From positions 5,668,360 through 5,732,359 of the forward strand of contig NW_003314261.1 in NCBI RefSeq assembly GCF_000143415.4: DNA of 64,000 nucleotides, in the 5' to 3' direction. Below the pieces are notes generated by a model. The model saw only the letters and a list, made by a program, of their open reading frames with translations. It did not search any database and was not told the origin of the DNA. The translations under genes were made by a program, and so were the position numbers. Position 1 is the first letter of the stretch. Each line of letters begins with the position of its first letter. Positions 11,691-21,782 of this stretch are shown here, in pieces. Source of the stretch: Selaginella moellendorffii (lineage: Eukaryota > Plantae > Lycopodiophyta).

Positions 11691-13205
11691 ATGGCCTCCG
11701 CAAGTGCGACGCATGTTCCCTCCGTGGATCTTAAGAACCGTGCTACATGGATTCAGGAAAAGGTGTTTCTAAACAACCCCGAGGGGGAGGTGGTAGCTGA
11801 GGGCTTAGCCACAGTTGTCGATCCAAGAGATGCGGTTGCTAATCAAGAATTGGGCTGGGATGATATTGGAGTTGCGATTTTAGAGGTTGTTGACACAGAA
11901 GAAAATAGTCTGACTATTGGAAGCATTGTGCGGTGGAAATTGAGGCACTTAGTGTTTGAGAATGTGAAGGATTCACAATCAAACACCACTACAACTGATG
12001 ACAAAACATCTCTTCATGGGAAAAGAAAGTACACCTTCCTAAAGCGCAGCCAAAAGGATCTGAGTAACAAACCGAAAAGGCAGAAAATGGCGATGGAGGT
12101 TCGAATGGTCTCGACAGTTGCTTGTTGCAAGAGGAGGTGCTGTTAACATGCTGATTGGGATGCTATTGAAGAGGAGAGAGCAAGATACAAGACATTGTCC
12201 TGGAATGCAGCTCGCAATTTTGTGTATGAGGCATTACGGTCATCTGTTGATGCTTCAGAACATCAGGTGGGGGGCATGGTCTTCCAGAGGGGTTTGGTCT
12301 GCATGAAGGCATGGAGAATCATTTATGGAGTCCCTCGAACCACATTCTACAGAATCAAAACTGAGTTTGAGGAACAAAGGGTTCAACAGGCAGTCCATGG
12401 GAACGACAGTACTCACAAAACCAGGGGTCATATTGTATATGGAGAGGCAATCTTCAAGAGGTTTGTCGAGACATGTAGCGAGCAGCAACCACATAAAACC
12501 CGCCTCTTGGAAGATGGAACTCGAGACACCCAACGAGTTCTCCCTTCCATGTATACCAAGGGGGCCATATTGGAAGATGTGAATCGGGAACTCCAGAGTA
12601 ATGGCTACAGGAAGCTTAGCCAATCTAGATTTAATAGATTGTGGAGCAATAGGTTCAGGGATGTGAGTATAGGAAAGTACTCCAGCTTTTCAAAGTGTGA
12701 CGAGTGCACTGCTATGAAAATGGCTTTGTTGAAGAATTCTTGCATCGCTCAAGAGCGAGAGACGTTGGTTAGAAGGCGGCTCGACCACAACATCGAGCAG
12801 AGAAGCTGCAGGACTGCATATTATCATAATAGGATTCTCTCTATGGAGAGACCTGACTCTTACCTCTGCATCATCCACGACAAAATGGACCAGAAAAAGA
12901 CGTGCTTACCTCGACTCAATCCTGCCCCCAAGGCAATCTCTTCATCCATGCAGCTGCCTGTGTCTCTGTTTGGCATAATCGCTCATGGGCATGGTGCCCA
13001 GAACTATGGGAACTTCTTTGTACCTCTATGGGGTGGCGGGGGTGCAAACATGATGATTGCGTCCCTAGCAAAACACTTAAGGTCTCTGCAAAGTGCGCAG
13101 ACTGAGCTGAACGGCCAACCCTTGCATAAGGCCCTTGTCGATCGAACCCCATGCCATTTACTTGATCACCAAATACCTTTTTCCCTTTGCACTAGTATAT
13201 CTTAA
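11691..13205 (+). pseudogene. Sola-like DDE transposase with an N-terminal Tnp1/En-Spm-like domain; one premature stop, C-terminus truncated
   Basis: ORFs 11691-12146 and 12195-13205 are in frame (TAA at 12144-12146). Motifs CCKRRCC, FSKCDEC, YLCIIHDKMDQKKTCLP and GIIAHG; downstream catalytic motifs absent. Putative 5' intron 11221-11689. Confidence 0.7.
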
Positions 13206-13894
13206 TACCAGTCTGAGAAATAGAATGGCATGTGCCCTCAGGCCTTTTACTAAATCACCTTTGAAAGAAATGCAAGCCTCTATGTCGTAAAAAAAAGGTA
13301 CTAGAGAAATTCTTTAATAATATGAATGTTATTTAGTTTCATGAAAATACACTAAGGGTCAAATGAGTTAAATGACTTCTCCAGACTAGCAATGCCTCTT
13401 GCTACACCTTCACAATTAGATTCGTTAGAAAAAAATAACATTGAAAATATCTAAATGTTCTCACCATTAAGTTATATGTCTGGCTAATAGGAATGACGTT
13501 CATCTTGGAAAGCTCACCACACGCTCAATGAACAAACAAATAGTGTGTGCGCGCATGCCATCGCTCTTCTTTAGCTTCAGATTCGGCTTGTTTCCTTGAC
13601 AATGAGATTTATTATACAACCAGATGGACTCAATCTGGATACAAAGTCACCGCGCTAGTCACCATGCCCCAGATATGTCTAGCCCCTGGACAAAAAACAT
13701 ATAATTTCACGTCATTTTCAAATACTTGAAAATTTGTACCTAGTCCCATTTTACTGAATAAATCCCACTTTAATGAAATAGAGCTTTTGAGGCAAATTTT
13801 CTCTAAGTGTTTGCATGCATTCGAATGTGTTTTCGTTGATTTCTCTGAACGTTTTCTCTTAAAATTTCTAGTATTCCACCATAGTGTGAAGCAC

Positions 13895-14935
13895 TTATGG
13901 TTGCTTGTAAATCTTCAATTTGTTCAAGTTAACTACTTGCAATTTTTCATCATCTAAAGTTGCACGTTTTGCTGTTCCTGGGATTTGCATACTCGTAATC
14001 TTGAATGGTCCTTCCCATTGATGAACGAGTTTTCCTCCAAGTTTATCCACATTGCCACGATACCATAATACAAGATCTCCTACTTTGTAATGCGCTTTGT
14101 TTTTCTTGACTTGTTTGCGATCGTGATAAGCTTTTCTTCCAGCTTGTATTGCTTCTATTGTCCATATTCCACTTAGTCTTTCTTCATCGAGTTTCTCAAG
14201 CATCGCGAGTCTTTTCTTGATCGATTCTTCTTGATTAATTTCAAGTTCAATGGCCATTCTCAAGGATGGTACTATGTACTCTAGTGGTGTTAACGCTTCA
14301 AGGCCATAAGCAAGCTTGAAAGGTGTAGAATTTGTTGAAACTTTGTAGGCTGTTCTGTATGCCCAAAGAGCATCATAAATTCTTTCATCCCAATCCTTAA
14401 GGTTTGTCTTGACTATTTTCTTGAGTATGTTTTTAAGCATTTTGTTTGTTGATTCTGCTTGTCCATTACCGTGGGGGTAATATGGTGTTGACTTCTTATG
14501 GTTGATGATAAATTCTTTAACAAGAATGTCGATAGTCTCATTCAGAAAATGTGTTCCTCGATCTATAACAATTTCTCGTGGTAATCCATATCGTGTTATA
14601 ATTGTTTCATAGAGAAACTTGGCTGTATTTTTCGCTGTGTCTTTCTTTAGTGGGAGAGCTTCTGCCCATTTTGTCATATAGTCGGTAGCGACCAAAATAT
14701 ATTGATTTCCTTTGCTACTTTTTGCTATAGGTCCAACAAAATCAAATCCCCAACGCTGGAAGGGTTCCAATGCTGTTGTTGGATTGAGTTCCTGAGTTTG
14801 TTTCCTCGGTGGAAACTTCGTTCTTTGACATATATCACATTCTTGACAATGTTGAGTGGCATCTTTCCAGAGTGTCGGCCACCATAATCCAGCTTGTAAC
14901 ACTTTCCTAGCCGTAATTTCTTCGGCAAAATGATA
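13895..14935 (-). mobile_element. Gypsy integrase fragment (non-chromovirus, Athila/Tat-like) with GPY/F domain
   Basis: H...CDICQ zinc-binding end, WGFDFVGPI, DRGTHF, NGQAESTNK, WEGPFKI. Confidence 0.9.
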
Positions 14936-17783
14936 CTAATGATACCCGGACCACAAATCAAGTCGTGTAAAATACTTAGCCTTTAAGAGTTGGTTAAACA
15001 AGTTATCAATGCGAGGCAAAGGATAACTGTTTTTAACCGTGATCTTGCTGAGTGCCCGATAGTCAATACACATCCTCATGGTTCCATCCTTCTTCATAAC
15101 AAAAAAGACCGGCACTCCATAAGGTGACTTGCTTGGTCAGATATGACCTTTGTCAAGAAGCTCCGTGAGTTGCTTCTTGAGTTCAGCCATCTCCTTGATG
15201 TTCAACTGATATAGAGCTTTCGTAGGTGGTTTAGAACCTGGAATAACTTCAATCCGATGATCAACCTCACGACTAGGGGGTAGCCCTAGTGGTAAATCCT
15301 TCAGAAAGATATCCTGATTCCTCACCAACAACTACAATATCCTCTTTGGTACAGGATCAACCCCATCGCCGATTCAAACTGAGTCACCAACACCCTCAGC
15401 TTCCATCACTTGAACCCAAAAGGTCTAACATCCCTTCTTAGCTGCTTTTTGAGCAGCCCTCGTGTAAGCAACCAAAGGGAACGACTTGAGAGACGATCCA
15501 TGGGGTTCAAATATAGAGGGAAAGGGCCCATGAACAAGAGTGCACCCCCTTTTCCAATCGGTTAAGGGTCTTGGGATATTTGGGGTTAAGCATCTTTGGG
15601 TTTGAATAGTATTAGGTTGGGTGACCTCTTGGGAAGTCCAAACTCAGGAGCTTATATTTGGTATCAGAGCGGGTCTCAAGTTCGACTCTATTGGTTGGCT
15701 AGGGGAATTACACCACATGTTGATTGACATCTGGCTGGTCTAATTTGCTCCCGCTAGGCTCGACCTGAGGGGTAGGGTGTCAACAGAGCGGGGCTCTCAG
15801 GAGAGCTGCAGCTCTGTTGGTTGGCTAGGGGAATTACACCACATGTTGATTGACATCTGGCTGGTCCAGTTTGCTCCCGCTAGGCTCGACCCGAGGGGTA
15901 GGGTGTCAAGAGAGTGGGGCTCTCGGGAGAGCTGCGGCTCTGTTGGTTGGCTAGGGGAATTACACCACATGTTGATTGACATCTGGCTGGTCCAGTTTGC
16001 TCCCGCTAGGCTCAACCCGAGGGGTAGGGTGTCAAGAGAGTGGGGCTCTCAGGAGAGCTGCAGCTTTGTTGGTTGGCTAGGGGAATTACACCACATGTTG
16101 ATTGATATCTGGCTGGTCCAGTTTGCTCCCGTTGGGCTCGACTCGAGGGGTAGGGTGTCAAGAGAGCAGGCTCTCGGGAGAGCTGCGGCTCTCAGCTTCC
16201 ATTCACGAGGGCGTGAACTTGCAGGGAAGCGTGGTGGATTGTAAGCAACCAAAGAGAACGACTTGAGAGACGGTCCATGGGGTTCAAGTATAGAGGGAAA
16301 GGGCCTATGAATAAAAATACACCCCCTTTTCCAATCGGTTTAGGGTCTTGGGATATTTGGGGTTAAGCATTCTTGGGTTTGAATAATACTGGGCTGGGTG
16401 ACCTCCCGGGAAGTCAAAATCCAGGAGCTTACACCTCATAGTCAGGAACTTTGCATCCCAATCCTTTGAGGAACGCTTTTGCAACTGAAAGGATACATCA
16501 GGATGTCCTTCTGACTTCAACGTGATACAACTTTGTCCAGCACCATAAATCCCTTTTATATACTTGTTGAAGAAATCCATACCAAACACCATCTGAAAAT
16601 CTGGTATCTTCAACACTACCAAGTCCACTCTTTCTTTCTACTTGGATATCTTTATTGGAACATCACTCACAAACTTTCTGGCTACTTGCGCACCTTCCGC
16701 AAATCGGAAGTGCATAGGCGACATTTGCTCAGCATTCAATCCTAACAACTTAACTAAGTCTTCGGATATCATGCTGTGTGTAGCTTCTGTGTCAATCATC
16801 ACTTGGATTCGGTGTCCATGGACAAAGCCTACCAAATACATCAACGGATCAGTGTTTGCATTGACTGCAAGAAAAGCTTGAGGAAAGAAATGAAAGTTAC
16901 TCACCTCTTCTTCCTCATAGTCTGCATTGACCAACTCGTCAACCCCTTCAGCTTCACCACCACCGTCTTCCCTCATAACATTAACGCGAGACCTTGTCTT
17001 ATGCTTGTTGGGACATTCCAAAGACCTATGTCCCGACTCTCCACAATGGAAGCAATGACCCACGCTACCCGTTTCGCTAGGAGCAGGTTTTGCAAGTTGC
17101 TGCTACTTGTACCCACCAGGAGGAGGAACAGAGGGCCTAGGACCAGAAGAAGCTGCTGGTGGTCTCAAACCACCACCACCTTTGTTAACCGTAGCTTGTG
17201 AGCCTCCAGGGTGGTACCTACTTTCCACCCTTTGTTTCCGATCACCTTGCTTATTCCCAGAATTTCTATTCTTATCCGAGTTACCAGCATGCGGTTGCTA
17301 ATATTGTTCCATGAGCGAGTGACTAAAGGCAACTTGCTGCGCTGCCTCCTTACACTCTAGGTATGTCTTCGGCTTAAACTTCAAAATCTTATTGCAAGAA
17401 AGTGAACTTAAACCCTCCAGAAAATAACTCCGAGCATCTTCGTCACTCATATGTGCAATCATAACGCACTTTTGAGCAAACGCATTAATGCATGAGATCC
17501 CCTCGCTGCTTTAACCGCCGCAGCTCCACGCGAAGTCTTAGACCAAGATCATCCGGCAAGTATTCCTTACGGATACGAGACCGCATCTTGGTCCAACTTC
17601 TAGTCTGCCATTTTTCAGCACATACCTAGCGCCACCAAGTTTTGGCATGATCAGTAAGAAAGGATTGCGCTCACGCAACTTTCGTACGATCATCTACATC
17701 TGCCACTATGAAATAATTTTCCATATTGTAGACCCAATCTTCCAAAACTTGATAGTCCCACATGGCTCTAAAGTTGGGTGGTT
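14936..17783 (-). mobile_element. Gypsy gag-protease-RT start (degenerate), left-arm copy
   Basis: CFHCGESGHRSLEC knuckle, VMIDTEATH protease, LPPSREVDHRIE RT start. Confidence 0.9.
15463..16433 (+). mobile_element. Cassandra-type TRIM (5S rRNA-derived LTRs) with 4 x 126-bp internal repeat
   Basis: 194-bp LTRs 15463-15656 and 16240-16433. PBS TGGTATCAGAGC at 15659-15670. TSD CCTCG/CCTCA. LTR core GTTAAGCAT...GGGTGACCTC..GGGAAGTC matches the 5S A-C box region. Empty site seen in the paralog at ~153-157. Confidence 0.92.
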
Positions 17784-18062
17784 GTGGATCGGTTGTCAAA
17801 GATTGCACACTTCATTCCAACTGTGGGAACAGTAAATGCGAAACAAGTAGCAAAGCTCTTTTTCCATGAAGTAGTGCGAGTTCGTGGTCTTCCTGAAGAA
17901 ATGATCTCGGATAGAGATTCGAGGTTTACGGGGAAGTTTTGGGAGACCCTATTCCAGTTGTTTGGTACCAAGTTGAAGTTTAGTACGGCTTATCATCCTC
18001 AAACTGATGGGCAGACCGAACGCATGAATGCTCAAGTTGACGATTATCTACGGTACTATTGA
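17778..18062 (+). mobile_element. Gypsy integrase core fragment
   Basis: VVDRLSKIAHFIP...SDRDSRF...HPQTDGQTER; mirrored at 28341-28625 (-). Confidence 0.9.
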
Positions 18063-18706
18063 TTTATAAAAATAAATATTTATATACAATAATAAGGGCT
18101 ATGCTAAGCTTCATCACAGTAGCATGGTTATAACTACTAGGCTTTTGTCATGGTTGCATAGCCACAGCCACTAGGCAGCTGTGACAAAAGCCATGGCCAT
18201 GGCTTGTCTATTGTCATGGCTCTAAGCTACTCCAACAGCTCCCGCTGAGAATAAAACCAAGATAGCAAGAACAAGAAGTGGAGGGTTGTTACAAAATAAG
18301 AGAGTCACAAAAACCCATAGGCTGTAGCACTATGCCATACAAAGACTTTTGACATTAATGCATCACTTGGAAAATAAAATAAAAGCACTCTAGAGCTTTT
18401 GGTGAAGACAAAGATCTTGAGAAAAGAGGCATCATAGTGGGGAAGGATCAGGGCCTGTGTTTGCAACAGTATACATTGTTCATGAACACGGCCATGGGAA
18501 CATGACCCATGGCCATGTGCTCTGGAATTGGATCCTAAGATAAGAAGAAGCTGCCACCATGGTGATAATAGTGTAGTTTCAAGAGAGAGTGCCATGATGC
18601 TAGCAGTGCCAATACAAGCTTGCCAAAAATCCAATTTATATGGGCTGAAATTAACAGTTAAAATTTATGTTCTCAATAATTTTGAAATATATTATTCTTG
18701 ATTCTT

Positions 18707-19546
18707 TGAATTTTTCTTTCTTATTGTTGTTAAGAATCTTAAAAGGATGAGATCTATAATTAGTATTATCAAAAACCTCTAAAGATAAGTTTTAATTTTC
18801 ATCAGTATCATATAAACTTTGTTAAGATTTAAGATGGTTTAAATAAATGACATGTTAATATTAATTCAAAATACTTTTTAAAAAATTACAAATAATTTAA
18901 AGTAATTTTTTTGATGAACTAAATATACCATAATGGAAAATTAATAATATAGTTTTTTAATTAATATCAATATATTGAAAAAAACCATATATAAATGGAA
19001 ATTACTAATTATAATTTCCCTTCAAATCAATATAACTGCAATGAGCAAATAACATGCAACTTGATCATACCAATTGCTTTAAACAAGGTAGCATAGCATT
19101 TTCCTTCTTTCAGACTATCTAAATCTATCTGAATTTTTCTTTCTTATTGTTGTTAAGAATCTTAAAAGGATGAGATCTATAATTAGTATTATCAAAAACC
19201 TCTCAAGATAAGTTTTAATTTTCATCAGAATCATATATACTTTGTTAAGAGGTAAGATGGTTTAAATAAATGACATGATGATATTAATTCAAAATACTTT
19301 TAAAAACATTACAAATAATTTAATGTAATTTTTTTGATGAACTAAATATACTATAATTGAATATTAATAATATAGTTTTTTAATTAACATCACTATATTA
19401 AAAAAACCATATATAAATGGAATTTACTAATTACAATTTCCCTTCAAATCAATATAACTGCAATGAGCAAACAACATGCAACTTGATCATACCAATTGCT
19501 TTAAAAAAAGTAGCATAGCATTTTCCTTCTTTTAGACTATCTAAAT
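18707..19546. repeat. ~423-bp AT-rich tandem duplication (mirrored at ~26857-27696)
   Basis: Two diverged copies starting tgaatttttctttcttattgttg at ~18707 and ~19130. Confidence 0.85.
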
Positions 19547-20126
19547 ATTTAAGAAAATATTGATAGGGAGAGGGATTAAAAAGTGAATACAAAGAAAAAA
19601 TGAAGAGTACTGGATAGAAAAAAAAACTATCAAAATTGCTCTTGGGTTTATGAGAGTGTGAGTTTGGTTTAACAGAGTTAAGAGCAAGGAATACTAAAAG
19701 AAAAAAAGGAAAAATATAGGAAGAAAACCATGGAAAAAAGAAAGGAATGATAAAAAAAAGCATAATGAGAGAGTGAGGGAGGAATTAGACTGAGTTGGGA
19801 GGAGATTGGAAAGCAATAAACTGTGATGTAGTGTGTGTGGAGGGGGGCACTTGCAATCAAGTCAAGGCAAATGTATCTAGTACCTTTTGCTGCACTTATG
19901 GCTGCATTATTAAGTTTATCAACTGCTCCACCAGCTAGGGTGATCACTGATACACCCTTTGACAAAAGAATATTTCTTAAATTATATCTCATCAGAAATA
20001 ATATTATTATTAGAAAGAAAGAAACTATTGTAATTATTTCTAAATATTATTCTCTTTTTTTCTAGCTTTCCAAAGCAAAATAAATTATTTAAATATAATA
20101 CTGTATAACTTTTTCTTTTGAAGTTG

Positions 20127-21092
20127 TTAGTTCCTTATTTTTGTTTTCAAAATAAACATATATAATACTGCAGCACCTACAATTTGATGAACTATTAATC
20201 CCTTGCTTGTTATAAAAGTGTGAAGGAGTAAATAAAATTTAGTATTTAAAATTTGATATAAGACCTGAATGGGAAATAAGATAATTTGGTATATATAAGG
20301 TAATAAAAAACTCAATTTAAACCACCTTAATAAATCATCTAAAAACCAATCACTATGAGGTGAAGCTATAATATCATCAATAATCAAATCCCCAAATAAT
20401 GGAAATGGGTTATAAAGTCCATATTTTTTTAAAGTATGAATTCCTAAGTATATAAAAAGTTAAAACAAGTATATATATTTTAAAGTTTTACCTGTTATAT
20501 TATAAGGTTTAATATTATTTGAATTCCCATCTAAAGATAGTAATAAATCTGTTTTAGTTACCTCATTTGCATATTTATATATATACGAGCCTATATGGTA
20601 AATAAAAATCTTATTAATATTAATACTAAGAAGCTTTACCTGTTTTTGATATTGTTGGTATAAAATGCCAGGATGATAATTTAATACTTTTGTTATTTTG
20701 AATAATTATATTAATAAACTCCTCATAAGCTGTAGGATCTTGATGCCCAAAAGCATATATATCAGAGTAACTTATCTCACCAGATTTAGTTCTAACTGCC
20801 ACCTAATATAAATATAAAATTATATATTATACAGCTAATAGTTATTATTTACTGACCTTATCTCCAATAGAAATATCTTTTAGTTGCTTTTTATTACCAT
20901 TATCAAGTTGTAAAATTGCATCACCTATTTCACTATAGTACTTAATGTTTCTTAGTGATCAAATTTACCTGGAAAGCATGATTTTTTTTTACATTTTAAA
21001 TCTGAGTAACATTTATACCCATTTTTAAAATCACAATCTGTATCAATGAAGCATGAAAGAAAAAATAAAGTAAAGAACAAAACATTTTTCAT
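20127..21092 (-). CDS. Hog/Hint-domain (Hedgehog-like autoprocessing) secreted precursor, 5 exons, 256 aa; copy 1
   Basis: Mirror of 25311-26276. Exons 21092-20969, 20924-20857, 20802-20640, 20590-20492, 20443-20127. Has L5 and G25 where copy 2 has F5 and W25. Confidence 0.88.
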
Positions 21093-21518
21093 AATGAAGA
21101 TTTATTAATGATTAAATAAATTTGAAAGATGATTCTACTTCTATATATTCAATTTTTATCTTATAAACTAATGCCAAATGGATTAAAATCAAATTAAGCC
21201 TGCTGGCACTTTATTAAATCAAGCCATTTGTGTGTAATTTACTCTTAATTGATAATTTTGCCACTTGTCATTAGAATTGATAAACTAATATTGGACACCA
21301 ACAAAAGATGTTGTGAATATTTTTAAATAGGAATAGAAACTCTGAAAACCTAATTCTAAAGTTTTGTACAAAGATTATTCAACAAAGAAAAAATTAATAC
21401 CTTCTTACTTGCATAGAGATTGATCAGAAAGCTTGCCATTGCAAGTTCTAGCAGCATGTATGCTCTTGTTTCACCTTGTAGACCACCAAGTTGCTAGAAG
21501 AACAGCCTAGCAACATGG

Positions 21519-21782
21519 CTATGGACTTGCTTGCTTAAAGACACTTACAAATACCTTGGTTACACTCTTGTTAAGTAGCTGCCCAAAATATTTCATTACT
21601 TTTATATACACTTGGGCTTGAGGGATAGGGATTGTTCCTGAGAGATTGTTGTAGGAAACGTTGAAGTATCCCAGCTTAGTAAGATTGATGAGAGTCTCCG
21701 GAATTGAGTCAGATAGTCTGTTCCTTGTCAAGTCTAGGCCCTCAAGCACTGAGAGTCTTCCAAAAAGCCGGGATCTTTCCAC
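21519..21782 (-). pseudogene. Plant extracellular LRR (LRR-RLK/RLP) gene fragment
   Basis: LSVLEGLDLTRNRLSDSIPETLINLTKLGYFNVSYNNLSGTIP: two LRRs only. Confidence 0.75.

Larger units (their letters stand above)
5911..13246. mobile_element. Putative DNA transposon with two divergent genes (ParB-like accessory gene and Sola-like transposase); termini unresolved
   Basis: Span set by the outermost copies of the 22-bp palindrome; contains a transposase ORF; no TIR or TSD identified. Confidence 0.7.

Noticed and set aside
13880-13886. CACTA terminus (CATAGTG)
   Set aside because: No matching CACTA left end or TSD found near 5.9 kb.
15585-15639. 5S rRNA gene
   Set aside because: Only the internal A-C box part is present, embedded in LTRs as expected for Cassandra.
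15691-16193. CRISPR-like regular repeat
   Set aside because: Contiguous 126-bp tandem units with no unique spacers, inside a TRIM in eukaryotic DNA.
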